A DNA stretch of 64,000 nucleotides from the human T2T-CHM13v2.0 reference genome, Homo sapiens. Below, one piece after another: positions 1 to 14,731 of the stretch. A program made the translations under genes and the position numbers. The number at the start of each line of letters is the position of its first letter. The stretch's first letter is position 1. Below the pieces are notes generated by a model. It worked only from the letters and a program-made list of their open reading frames with translations. It was not told the origin of the DNA and ran no database searches. Where the stretch lies: the NCBI RefSeq assembly GCF_009914755.1, contig NC_060936.1. One strand, written 5' to 3'.

Positions 1-2448
1 AGTGAGCCTCCTGTCTTGGCCTCCCAAAGTGCTGGGATTATAGGTGTGAGCCACCTAGCACCTGGCTAGGAGCCAGTATTTTGTTAAACTCCCAGGTAAT
101 CCCAATGTGCAGGTGGAGACCCCTGCTACATGGGATAGGGTCATTCCCTCTTTACACACATGAAAACGGAGGCCCAGAGAGTTGAGGCGACTTGCCCAAG
201 GCTCCACAGCTAAGAAAGAGTGGAGCTGGGACTGGACCCAGACAAGGTGACCATGGGACCAGAACCACCTGAAACATCACAAGAGGGTTAAAGACAATGT
301 GCCCAGCAGAGATGTGCCCACTGCCCAATCTCACTCTCACCTTCGACTTGACCCCAGCCAGGGAACGCCCAGCCCTCCTGGGCTGATCAGAGCAGAGCAA
401 GGGGCTGGGAAGGAGTCCCGCTTCCAACCAGTGGCCCTTTAGCACCCCCAGCACCCACACAGTTGACCAGAATCCCCCATCTCTACCCTGAGCTGGGGTT
501 GAGGCCTTGGGGTAGTTTTGCTCCTCCTCCCCCTCCCCCTTTAGAATGACAGCAGGCCTGGCTCGGGGACAGACTCACAGGCTGGTGGCAGCTGTGCCGT
601 TTTACAAGCCCAGAGACAGTGGGGGGACTGTTCAGGCCCTGGCAGACTCCTGGGCCCCTGAGAACAGTGGAACCCTCTCCCTCAGCCTCAAGCCCAAATC
701 TCCCCCAATCCTGCTTACCCCCCAGCAACCACCGTCTCCCTCTATGGCTCAGTGTTCACTGGTGCCCAGCCAGATGTGTGCCCATAAAATGCCCCTTCTA
801 GGTAACCCCATCTCAGATGTAAGAGCAGATTGGAGTGGCTTTAAGCAGGAGAGGAGCCCTGCTGCCCCCTTCCCAAGGGATTCATTCATTCATTCTTCAA
901 AGAAGCATTAGAGCCCAGTGGAGAATTCAGACGCTGGAATCAAATTGCTGGGCTGGAATCCTGGCTCTGGGACCTGGGCAGCCGACATCATCACCTCTCT
1001 GGGCCTCAGTTTCCACATCTGTGACATGAGAATAATAACAGTGCCCACCTCAGAGGGCTGCAAGTCTCAATGAGTTAATGATGCCAAGTACTGAGAGCAG
1101 GGCCTGGCACATAACAGGGGCTCATTAATTGGAAGCCATTATTATCATTGAGCCAAGGGACTGTGGAAGGGGGGTGGGGTGGAAGCTATCAGGGAAGGCT
1201 CCCAGGAGGAAGGGACATCTAGGCCAGAAGCTAAAGGATAAGGGGAAAGTTAGCAAGGCAGCAGGGGGTTGGGAGGGGTGGAAAGGTGTCATAGGCAGAA
1301 GGAACAGCAGCTGTAAAAGCTCAGAGGTGAGGAAGAGGTGAACTGCTCTGTTGCTCGGAACACCTCCTTCATTCATCCCCCACCAGTCTTGGGGGTCACA
1401 GGCTATGGCTGAGGTCATGGACTCCATGTCCTCTGGAGGGTCCCGCTGAGCATTAGTGGAAGACTGCAGACTGGAGCCGCTGATCAGGGAGCTCACCCCC
1501 GTCTGCACCCCCAGGGTCTCTAATGATTGCTTCTGTTTTACTAGATTTTTGTGTATTCAAGGGAAGCTTCATGCACTTCCCAGTCACGTCACAACAACTA
1601 ACACCCCGCAGGAGCTTGGGAACAAGAAGAAAGCACAGCCCGTGACACCCAGCGAAGTTGAATGATTTGGTCGATTTGGTCAGAGCCACGCAGCACACAC
1701 AGGTATTACTCTTCCACCCTCCTGCTGTTCTTGGCAGGCCTGGCTGGGCTGAGAAAGGGAGGGCCCTTCCCCACTGAGTGAGACAGAGGCTATTGTGTGT
1801 TATGAAACCCAAAACTCTGGGGCCCCCTCCGGCTGGAGGTGGGGTCGGTGGAGGGGAGGGGCTGCAGGGGATGGCCCACTGCCCCCCAGCCCCAGGGACC
1901 CAGCACATGCTCCCAGCCCCAGCCACATCTGGATTCCAGCTGGCAGCTCCTGAGGCCCAGGGTGCGGGGGAGAAGTCGCTGCAGGAACTTGCCATCAAAG
2001 ACCAAGAGGAGTTTTGTGGGTGGGGAGACAGAAGGCAGAGGCCGACTGCAGGGCCAGGGCTGCCTCCTACTCCCGATCCCGGCCAAGGGTGCAGTGAGGG
2101 GGGCATTGTCCATGAGACCCGTCCCAGTCCTCAACCACCTGCAGGGGAAACAGAGAGGTGAGTGACTCTCCCACGGCCACAGTGGCAGAGCTGGGCATGG
2201 AACCTGGGTCTGCGTGGCCACAAGTCCAGAGCTGGTGCTCCACCCCTGGGGACATGAGTTCCAGCCCATTCCTCAGGAGCACCGGTCTTTCCTTTGTTTC
2301 CCACATCAATCTGTCCCTTCACCCTCCAGGACTGGGCTGATGTGTCTCCCCAGAAAGTTGTCCCCATCCCCATGCAAGAGCCCCTCCCCAGCAGGCTCAT
2401 TTCCCCCACCCCCCAGAAAACTGGTGAGACTTCAGGCCGGAATAAAGG

Positions 2449-2454
2449 TTTATT
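2449..2454 (-). terminator. TMEM119 polyadenylation signal AATAAA
   Basis: tttatt on + strand, ~1.7 kb after the stop codon. Confidence 0.8.
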
Positions 2455-2997
2455 GTGCTGGTGCATTATATCTCAGCACCTGGAGAGCTGTGCAGAGGTT
2501 GGGGGAGCCCCAGATGGAGGGATGGGGGAGAGGACCTCCTGCCAGAGCCTCCCTAAAGCAGGACGGAGCCCAGGCTCCCTGTCGAGGACTGACGAATATT
2601 GTGGACACAGGCTGCCAGACAATGTGTGAGCAACAGGGGGTGGCCAGGGCCCCCCTGCTCCAGGCTGGGCGTCAGAAACCCTTCCCCAGCCCCTCGGACT
2701 TCCCCAGGGTGGAGGTCCCCTCAAACACAGCCCCTCAGCTTCTAGGCTGCTTTGGAGGCCAGACAGGAAGAGTTCCATTCATTCACCCTGATCCCAGCAG
2801 CAGTAGCGGGATGAGAAACTCACCCCCAGGCCGGGGGTGCTTGGAGAGCGCTTGAGAGGATTTAAATGCCCTATACCCCACATCCCTAATCCTGGACCAA
2901 CTAGAAACAGGGGGCCACCTTCAGGAAAATTAAGAGCAGTATTTTCCAGAGTGGGTGCTGCAGGATTTTACCCTGTAGCTGTTTTAAAAAGTAGTTT

Positions 2998-3292
2998 GGG
3001 CCGGGCACGGTGGCTCACGCCTGTAATCCCAGCACTTTGGGAGGCAGAGGCAGGTGGATCACCTGAAGGTCAGGAGTTCCAGACCAGCCTGGCCAACATG
3101 GTGAAGCCCCATCTCTACTAAAAATACAAAATTTAGCTGGGCGCAGTGGTGGGCACCTGTAATCCCAGCTACTGAGGCGGGAGAATCGCTTGAACCTGGG
3201 AGGCGGATTGCACTGAGCCAAGATTGCACCAAGATTGCACCACTGCACTCCAGCCTGGGTGACAGACCGAGACTCCGTCTCAAAAAAAAAAA
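2998..3292 (+). mobile_element. Alu (AluS-like) in TMEM119 3'UTR
   Basis: GGCCGGGCACGGTGGCTCACGCC start, dimeric body and A tail; internal 11-bp duplication CCAAGATTGCA x2. Confidence 0.95.
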
Positions 3293-3679
3293 TCTTGTTT
3301 CCGTAGAGTGCCTCGGGGAACCTAGTTTGGGAAATGCTCATTTAGGGACCTGTCGTAATGTGTGCAGGGGTCCTCTCACAGAAGTGTCCTAATTAACCAC
3401 ACACACTTCTGCTGCTGGAGCTCTGAGCACAGGCAGAATGACACTAAAATATTCAGCATTGAAAGGACACAAGAAGGGAACCATTTGCAGTTTCAAAATA
3501 CTGCTTCACGCCAGGCTGCATGTTGCCTTACGAACGCTGGGCACCTTGGCGTCTCTCATCCAAACTCTTCCAAAACTCCCACTTATTCTTTGCTCCCTTG
3601 ATGGAAAAGCAGTGATGTTTGCCCCACAAATGACCTGTGACATATGATTCCCAATTAATGTGGCTGATTTAGTGGACTG

Positions 3680-3808
3680 TTTTTTGTTTTTATAGAGATG
3701 GGTCTCACAATGTTGCCAGGGCTGGTTTGGAACTCCTGGTCTCAAGTGATGTCCGCACTTGGCCTCCCAAAATGCTGAGATTACAGGTGTGAGCCTCCAC
3801 ACCCAGCC
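3680..3808 (-). mobile_element. Alu left monomer (FLAM-like) in TMEM119 3'UTR
   Basis: Reverse-complement Alu left arm with T-rich tail. Confidence 0.85.
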
Positions 3809-4116
3809 TTGAGGGATGTTTTATCCTGGCTGTCACAGGGACACGTGCCCTCCCTCACTTTGTCAGGGGAGCTGTGCTGTAGGATGTAGCCCTTTGGGGC
3901 TGCTGAGGTGAAGGATGATGGCACTTGGTAAGATTCCTCCGGGGCACCGGGGACCAGCATTTCTGCCTGCTGTAGAATCAGCACATGCTGGGATTGGCAC
4001 CACAGGGCGGCCAAGGAGGGAGTGTCAGGAAGCAGTCAGGGCTGAAGGCCTTTTCATACACGGGGAGGTGACCACTTGGGGGCCCGACAGTCAGGGCTGG
4101 CAGCCCGGGAGGACTG

Positions 4117-4968
4117 TTAGACACTGGGGTGGACACTGCTGCAAGCACAGGGGCTTTCGGGGGGACCCACTGGTCCCTGGGCTTCCTGGGCTAACAAGAG
4201 AGACCCTTCCAGCTCCCCTTGGCCCTCACCGGCCACCACAGCCCCCTCAAGGACCCCTGAGCACGGCTCCTCCTGCGCCTCTGGTGTCTCCACTGGGACC
4301 CCATGTCCCTGGACTTCCTGGTCCCCCTCCTGGCTGCCCTTCTCCTCTTCCTCTGCGCCCCTGCCCTCCACCATCCTGGCTCCGTCCCCACCGCCCAGTG
4401 CAGCCCTGGTGGGGGACTTGAGGTTCTGGGTGGCGGCCAAGATGTCGGCCTGGAGCTGCCGGGAGGAATCCAGGGCTTCCTCGGGCCTGCTGTCGGGGGC
4501 TCTGTCGGGGACCTCACTGAAGGCCCGGGGGCCCCCGGCCCGGTCACTCTGGTCCACGTACTTCTTCTTGGGGAAGGACGATGGGTAATAGGCTGAGGCC
4601 TTCTGCTTCTGCCGGGTGATGACCGCGGCACAGACGATGAACATCAGCAGAAAGGCCAGGGAGCCCACCACAGCAATCAGCATCACGTACTGGCGGAAGA
4701 AGTCCACTATCCCATCCAGGAAGTTGGTGGGGGGTGATGGGCCCCCCAGGGTTGTGGGCTGGGGCCCCATCGATGTGGGGCTGAGGGCCGGGGTCCAGGG
4801 TGGCGGGAGGCTCGGGGAGGAGGCCGACGAGCCCTCGGCCTCCCCACTACCCGCCACATCCTCCAGGAACGTGGCCTTCAGGGGCACAGAGCGGGCGTCG
4901 GTAGCAGGCACAGACCCCAGGAGCAGCAACAGAAGGATGAGGAGGCTGGGGGCTGCCGCCGAAACCAT
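4117..4968 (-). CDS. TMEM119: Transmembrane protein 119 (OBIF), 283 aa, entire CDS in exon 2
   Basis: ORF 4117..5085 read from its internal Met (MVSAAAPSLLILLLLLLGS..., Kozak GCACCATGG at 4968). It shows a signal peptide, a Ser/Pro/Thr-rich ectodomain, a TM segment YVMLIAVVGSLAFLLMFIVCAAVIT and an acidic tail ending VHPSV. Splice acceptor TCTCACAG| lies 14 nt upstream (exon starts at 4982), so the ORF's first 39 codons are intron or 5'UTR. Confidence 0.98.
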   Translation of the reverse strand: MVSAAAPSLLILLLLLLGSVPATDARSVPLKATFLEDVAGSGEAEGSSASSPSLPPPWTPALSPTSMGPQPTTLGGPSPPTNFLDGIVDFFRQYVMLIAVVGSLAFLLMFIVCAAVITRQKQKASAYYPSSFPKKKYVDQSDRAGGPRAFSEVPDRAPDSRPEEALDSSRQLQADILAATQNLKSPTRAALGGGDGARMVEGRGAEEEEKGSQEGDQEVQGHGVPVETPEAQEEPCSGVLEGAVVAGEGQGELEGSLLLAQEAQGPVGPPESPCACSSVHPSV

Positions 4969-5747
4969 GGTGCCCCCAGGACCTGTGAGACAGGAGGGAG
5001 GAGAGAAGTCATGGCGGAACTCTAGAGTGTCAGGATTCAGAAACAGGCTCACCAGCCCCCAGGAGGAACAGGGAGCATGAAACACCTTCTAGCAAGTCCC
5101 TTCCATTCCCAGGGCCTGAGCCCCGCTGGTTCAGCTGTGGAGTACAGATGTGCTCCCCCACTTCTCTGGAGGTCCCGGAGGTCAGGGGCTGAATCTTATT
5201 CATCTCGGCCTCCTCAGGGTTTGGCCCCATATCTGGTATTCAGTAAGTGCTCAATAAATGTACCCTGACTGACGTGGCTGAATTAATAATGATAATTTAC
5301 ACTTTCATGACTTTATGTGTCAGCCACTGTTTTAAGTTTCTTACATGGAACTTCTCAATGAATCCTGATCACTGCCCAGTGTGGGAAGTTCTATGATTAG
5401 GCCCATTTTGCAGATGAAAAAACAGAGGCTGAGAGGGACGTGGTGACTTGCCAGGGAAGAGCTGGGTCTGGATCCAAGCAGAGAGGGAGAAATGATAGTA
5501 GGGCTGAGTAAGTGAGAAACCGATTGAGTGACTGAGGTTGCTGAGTGACACCTCACCCCCTACCCACAACTCTGGGACCCTTCCCTCCAGTCCCCAGCCT
5601 CTCTGTGGTCCCGTTCCCCTCAGGGTCTGGCCCCCATGCACTGGGTGGCCAAAGTGGCTCCGCGCGGCCACAACCTGGTGGTTCAGGGGCTTTCTCAAAC
5701 CTTCCGCCAGCCCAGCTCTACCTTATTCTGCAAAAGATTCCTAGCAG

Positions 5748-7495
<1,748 letters not shown>

Positions 7496-7764
7496 AAAAT
7501 ATTTCAATTTTTTAAAAAAGAGACAAAGCTTCTCAGGGGCTCATTTTAAATGAGCTGGTCACCTGTGCTTTCCTCGCGGGTACTCATCTAAGCCCTTTTC
7601 ATGCCTTTAATCCTACAGGAGCCCTGAGGCAGCTTCATTATCCCCATTTTACAGATGAGGAAACAGAGGTTCAGAGACAGACAGTGACTTCCCCAAGGAC
7701 ACACAGATGATAAGTAGCTGAGCTGGGATCTGAACCTTCCTCTGTCTGATCCCAGGAGTTTACA

Positions 7765-8305
7765 CGCACATTCACACAAACCACACTCACACTCATACAC
7801 AGCCATACATACACATGCACACTCACCACACACACAACCATTCATACACGCCACACACTCACACACACATCCCCATACACACCCCACACATAATCATGCA
7901 CACACGCCACACACACACACACCCATATACACACATGCACAGACTACACAATCATACACACACATGCACACACACCACACACAACCATGCACACACATAC
8001 CACACACACACTCACACACCCATATACACACATGCACATACTACACACACAATCATCTACACACATGCACACACACCCCACACACAAACATGCACACACG
8101 CCACACATACCCATATACACCCCACACACAACCACGTACACACATGCCCCACACACACCCCTATACACACATTCACATACTACACACAATCATACACACA
8201 TGCACACACCACACATATATGCATACACTCCACATACACACAACCATACACATACACCACACACACTCACCTACACAACCACACACACATGCACACACCA
8301 CACAC
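7765..8305. repeat. Degenerate (CA)n-rich low-complexity tract
   Basis: ~540 bp of cacacacat/accacacac variants; source of the His/Thr-rich and Cys/Val-rich spurious ORFs. Confidence 0.95.
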
Positions 8306-8956
8306 TCTGAGCCAGGAATGGCTTGTTCCCGCTGGTGGACATCACCTGTCAGATGCTAAATGAGGAAAGGACCCCCTCACCTGTCTGGCACCTGTTAGCA
8401 AAGGTTCCTACAGACAACCTTGAGCTTTGGGGTCTGTGACCTGCCAGTCACCTCCCTGCCTCCCACCCCCAGTCAAGCCTAGGAGAGAGCTTTTGTGGCA
8501 ACAACTACCACTTCTCACTGCAGAGGGCAGCTGGGACCATGGGTGGCTGGAGACCCACTCAAGTTCTGGCTGGGTCAAGAATCCCGGCTCCATCGCATCC
8601 AGCTCTGTGGTCTGGCTCCTGTGGGCCTCACTTTCCCCATCCGTAAGTTGGGACAGGGTGACCACAGGTAGCACCTCTCAGAGCTGTTAGGGCCAAATGA
8701 GACAACTTTCAGAGAGTGCCTGGTGCGAAGTAGCTGAGCCCCGAGGAAAGATAGGGTCTGGGGTAGCTGAATTCCTTCCCTAGCCGAACTCCAGGTTCAG
8801 CCAGCAATTTCCCACCCTGAGTCGACAAATGAGCACCATCGCCGGATGGGAACATGCGCTCACTGTCTGGTCCAGCCGCCACCCAGTGAAAGACCAACCT
8901 TTTCACCCCGTTCAGTGAAACCTCTTTAGCTCTGGCCGCCAAGGAATGCAGAACCA

Positions 8957-9048
8957 AACACACACATGCACACACATACACATACACACACATGCACACA
9001 TACACCTACACACACATATACATACAACACACACACACACACACACAC
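8957..9048. repeat. (CA)n microsatellite
   Basis: Seen directly. Confidence 0.9.
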
Positions 9049-10054
9049 GAAGTCAGAGGCAGAGGGCAAGAAAGGAGAACACACAAACTGCCACTGGCTC
9101 TTTAAGGCTGAGACCCTGACTCTCAGAGTCCCCTGCACCCCACAACCCCTCCTGGCTTCCAGGGAAAGGTGGGGGCAACGTATGGAGGACCCAGCCCCAC
9201 CTGCAGTCAGCAGAGCCTCAAAAAAGATGGTTGTGTGGCCCTGGACGGCCCCTGCCCTCTCTGGGCCTCAGTTTCCCATCTGTGGAATGAAGCACTGTTC
9301 TGGGCAGCTCTGAAGTCATTATTCTGCCTACCTCCCCCCGGACCCTAATTTTTTCAAGGACTCAGAATCTAACAGGCCATTAGGAGCTGGGGTCAGGCCC
9401 AACGCCTCTTGCTTCACCTTAGAGGTAACTCAGGTCCAGAGACTGGAAACAGCCTGCCCAGGTCACACAGAAAGTCAGGGGTGAGCCCAGCAGAGCCCTG
9501 GACAGAGAAGCCTGTCTTGGTATATCCCAGAGGAGGTCACTTCCCGGCTATGTGTCCTTGGGCTGGGCATGTCACCTCTCTGAGCCTCGGTTTCCATATC
9601 TGTACAATGGGGATAAGAGCCACCTCCCTGGACTGCTGTTAGGACAAGATGCGGCCATGCCTGGTGCACAGTGGGTGCCAATTAGCAGGTACCACGTGAT
9701 TGCCCAGGACTCCCTGCCTGGGGACATGTCAGGCAGGGCTGGCCGTGTGTAAGTGTGGCAAATGCCCTAAGATGGTCCTGAGTCTGTGGAGGAGTGCAGA
9801 TGCACCCCTGAGGCCTGGGGGCCCCAAGACTTGAAGCTAGGGGACCGGGGGCTGCCCCACCCCCACCCAGAGACTGGTGGCCTTTGGGGGAGGGGCGGCC
9901 CACGGAAACCTGGCTTCAATCAGTGGCCTTGTGGGGGAGGGGTGTTCTGGTTGGAGCACTGCACATGCCCCCGACCCCAGGGCCAGCCAAGGACAGGGAC
10001 CTGGGCCCTGGAGGTCTGGATGGGGAGGGGGGTCCTGGGGGCACAATCCCCCTC

Positions 10055-10470
10055 CACACACACACACACACACACAGAGCAGCATGGACACACAATATAA
10101 AGACACACAACACAGGCACACCGACTCACACAGCACTGAGACACCCAACAGCACTCTCATGGCCCATGCACACAATACACAGAGAACACACACGGACACA
10201 CAACACATATACATACACAACCCCCTGACACACAGCCGATCCCTGCACACAGGACAATACCGTCCACATCACCCTCACACAGATCCTGGAAGCAACAGCC
10301 TGGCATCCACTTGCAGAAAAGTGGAAGCAACACACCCCCTACACCAAGGCCCCAGCCGCACACACACAACACTCCGGCCCACCCTGGCCCACCCCAGCAC
10401 CGCACACGGGACTCAGATTCCACCACACTCATGCACACAACACCAAACACACACTCAAAGCCCACACACA
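10055..10470. repeat. CA-rich low-complexity tract just inside TMEM119 intron 1
   Basis: Seen directly. Confidence 0.8.
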
Positions 10471-10568
10471 CTTAGAGAGGCCCCCCAGAGTGCTCCAACA
10501 GTCCCCAGTCCCTAAGCTCCAAGATAGCTCCAGGCTCTCAGGACAGAGGAGGGGACCCCAGGACTCAC

Positions 10569-10690
10569 CAGTTCCTTGGCGTACAGGACTGGGTGCTCCC
10601 GCCGAATGGAGCGAGAGTGGGGGGCACCTGGGCTGGAAGAGAGAGTCCGTGCTGGTGCCCGGGGCTGCTCTGGGCTGGCGCCTGCCCGCC
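10569..10690 (-). other. TMEM119: TMEM119 non-coding exon 1 (TSS approximate)
   Basis: Donor CTG|GTGAGT at 10569/10568. Splicing to 4982 gives ...GCCAAGGAACTG|GTCCTGGGGGCACCATG, matching the recalled mRNA. GC-rich sequence lies upstream. Confidence 0.85.
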
Positions 10691-10810
10691 CTCCCTCCTC
10701 CCGTCCCTCCTCCCGTCCCTCCTCCTTCCTCCCTCCCCGGCTGGGCCGCAGGGCCAGCTTGATTTCATTAAGAGGGTTTGGGGTGGGGACAGGGGGAGGG
10801 GAGGGGCTAC
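10680..10810 (-). promoter_or_regulatory. TMEM119 proximal promoter (GC box and GGA-rich tract, TATA-less)
   Basis: Minus strand reads GGGGAGGGAGGAAGGAGGGACGGGAGGAGGGACGGGAGGAGGGAGGGCGGG directly upstream of exon 1 (Sp/KLF-like, G4-capable, one GGAA). Confidence 0.6.
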
Positions 10811-11235
10811 TCTCGGGCCACACGCAATCCCACCCTTGCTCACACTCTCGCTCTGGGGAAGACCAGATGCGGCACTTCCTCCCTGACCTCGGGTCCCCAG
10901 GGCAGGCTGAGACAGACAGACAAGGCTGTCCTGCAGCGCTCCCCCAGACAGTGAGCTGGGGTTCTGCCCACGCTGCTGCCCAATACCCTCCAAAGGGGAC
11001 AAGCTCAGGGAGGTTCAGAGGCCTCTGGAAGTGGGAAGGAAAATTCCCCGTCCTTGTGTGGCTCAGGCTTCCAGGCTCAGGGTGCAGCGTGGGAGCTGGG
11101 ATTCGTTTTAGAGACAGGCCTGATGGTGGGTCCGAGCCTGAGACAGGGAGCCCAACTCTGCCCTTCCCTCTCCAGACCTCAGTTTCCCATTTGTAGGGAT
11201 GGGTGGGAAGCTTTCTGGGCTACCTCTGACTCTGA

Positions 11236-12862
11236 TGTTCTGGGATCTGTGGCCTCACAATGCCCCCAAATGATAGTAGCTTGAATAGGAGTTGGAGCCC
11301 CATTTCACAGAGGGGGAAAGTGAGGCAGGGTGAGTTCTAATGGTTCAAGCAGGGTCCTGAGGTGAGTCAGTGGCAGGCCTTGGAACCGGGACGTCTGGCT
11401 GACCTGAGGAGTCCTGTGGATTAGCAGCCCCTTGCATTCATTCATTCATTCATTCATTCATGCATTCATTCGGCAAGTGCTCAATGAACACCTGCAGCAG
11501 GCCACGCACTGTGCTAAGCAAGTTCCAGAGGTGAATCAGGCACAGCCCAGCCTTGGGGAGCTCACAGACTACCAGGGAGAAGGACACCGAGGTAAATTAC
11601 TTTTTTGCCAAACAGAAAGGGGTCAGGTCAAGGGCTCCGAGAACCCCAAGACAGAGAGATCAATCCCCCAAGGGAAAGAGGTAGGAAGCCATCCTGGAGG
11701 GCATGCCTGTGTATGAGCAGAAGCGGGCAAAGCAGGCCCTGGAAAGGCATTCCGCATGGAAGGACCAGCGTGGGTAAAGGTATGGTGGCTGGGAATGCCA
11801 CCACGCACAAGCCACCGCAATTAGATTAGGCTGGAGCATGGACCAAAGAGAGGATCATGTAGTAAGGGTCAGAGATGTTGACAGGAGCCAGGCTAAAGTC
11901 TCGGAAGGTCGGAGGCAGTACGGAGCCAGTGAGGGTTTGGAACAGGGGAGTGCATGAAGGATGAGTGCGTGCTCTCTGGGTAGGAACCAAGCCTAGATTA
12001 TCATTGTTCCCTGCAATGGTCCCAGCAGCCCTCGCTCACCCCCAGAAAACTGGGACAGTCATTTGCTTGGGAAATAAAATCAGAGACTTTCCCATCTTCT
12101 CTGGAAATCACCCCAAACCCTGCATCTTCGAGGGAACAGGGGACCATCCACCAATACTCGCACAGACACATTCATGCACACACATGTCCCAGGGGCAAGT
12201 GGCCACCCACAGACATGTTGTAGCAGCTGTGCCCACTTTAAGGTGGCCAGGGGTGTTCCAGGCCTACCTGACCTGTCTTAGACCAGACATCGGGTGGTCA
12301 GGGGCAGCCAAACCTCCCCCAGGGCCCACCAGCAGGGGAAGAAGACCTTACCCAACATTCTGAGGGCTGCAGTCTGGGGACCTTGGGATGTCGAGGAGCA
12401 GGGACACAACCAACCCAAATAGAGCCTGCTCCCTGCACAGGTGGCCCCAGAGGCCCAGCCTGAGGGAAGCTCTCGGAGTCCCCTTCCCCTCGTTCTTTGC
12501 TTCTCCCTCCTGGGCAGAGCATCCCCCTGAAGGAGGGGTAGTAAGTGTTGGAGACATTGGCAGGAGCTGGGCTAAAGTATTGGAAGGTCACCTAGGAGGC
12601 AGTAGGGAGTCAATGAGGGTTTGGAGGGTTTGTTCTGGGATCTGTGGCCTCACAATGCCCCCAATGATAGTAGCTTGAATAGGCGTTGGAGCCCCATTTC
12701 ACAGAGGGGGAAAGTGAGGCAGGTGAGTTCTAATGGTTCAAGCAGGGATCTGAGGTGAGTTAGTGGCAGGCCCTGGAACCAGGACATCTGGCTGACCTGA
12801 GGAGTCCCGTGGATTAGCAGCCCCTTACATTCATTCATTCATTCATTCATTCATTCATTCAT
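11236..12862 (+). repeat. ~230-bp direct duplication (11236-11470 and 12631-12862)
   Basis: Both copies start TGTTCTGGGATCTGTGGCCTCACAATGCCCCC and end in (ATTC)n; ~95% identical by eye. Confidence 0.95.
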
Positions 12863-13052
12863 CTAGCGAGAAGCAGACAGACCCACTTCAAATCCTGCCT
12901 CCACCATGTCCTGCCCCACATGGAGCCTCTGTTTCCTCCTCTGTAAAATGGAGATGGAGACTCCCTACTACTCGGAAGCTGGCAGGGGAAGGCAGAGGAG
13001 CTAGGGAGCATGCACGTGCTCAGCAATGTCAAAAGCACAGGCCAAGGCCAAG

Positions 13053-13846
<794 letters not shown>

Positions 13847-14220
13847 CCCCAAGTTGAATATTACTATTACTGTCTCCCTATGGGTCTGGAATCATCCACC
13901 CACAAATCACTGGGTTTTGCTCCCCCAGCACTGTGCCTCAAATACAGCAGGCCCTTTATGTGCTTGTGGGGAAATGAATGAATGCAGGAAGCCCACTTGG
14001 TGGACACAGAAACTGCAGTTCATGCTGGAGCAACCTGCCCAGAATCAGTTAGCATGTTGGGAGGTCAGAGCCCTTTTTTTCTGCACTGGCCCCCGTGTCA
14101 GCAAATCTCGAAATGGGACCACCCCCCTCCCAAGGGGCCCGTTCCCGAAAATAGGGCTCCTACCTCCCTCTGTCCTGTTGAAGGGCTTTCCCACCATGTC
14201 AACACACCACACATCACACG

Positions 14221-14222
<2 letters not shown>

Positions 14223-14267
<45 letters not shown>
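14223..14267. repeat. (CA)n microsatellite
   Basis: Perfect run of about 22 units. Confidence 0.95.
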
Positions 14268-14269
<2 letters not shown>

Positions 14270-14448
14270 CTGTCCTTAAACTGAGCATCCCTACCCACAA
14301 TCTGAGGACAGAACAATGACAATGTCAGTCACTGATCAGAGGCAAAAAAGGAGCCCCAAGTCCCAGCCCCAGCTCAGGCAAAGACTGTGGGCAACGGAGC
14401 AAATCACTGCCTTTCCCTGGGCTGTGGCTAAATGTGGGGTTAGACTAG

Positions 14449-14731
<283 letters not shown>

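Larger units (their letters stand above)
2430..4116 (-). other. TMEM119: TMEM119 3'UTR
   Basis: Runs from the stop codon to minus-strand AATAAA at 2454-2449; contains two Alu elements. Cleavage site approximate. Confidence 0.8.

Noticed and set aside
4969-5085. 39-aa N-terminal extension of the TMEM119 ORF
   Set aside because: It crosses the splice acceptor at 4983-4984; the true start is the Kozak ATG at 4968, followed by the signal peptide.
7815-8363. His/Thr-rich and Cys/Val-rich ORFs (also at 8.9, 10.1, 14.2, 40.9 and 45 kb)
   Set aside because: Translations of CA/TG repeats, which lack stop codons.
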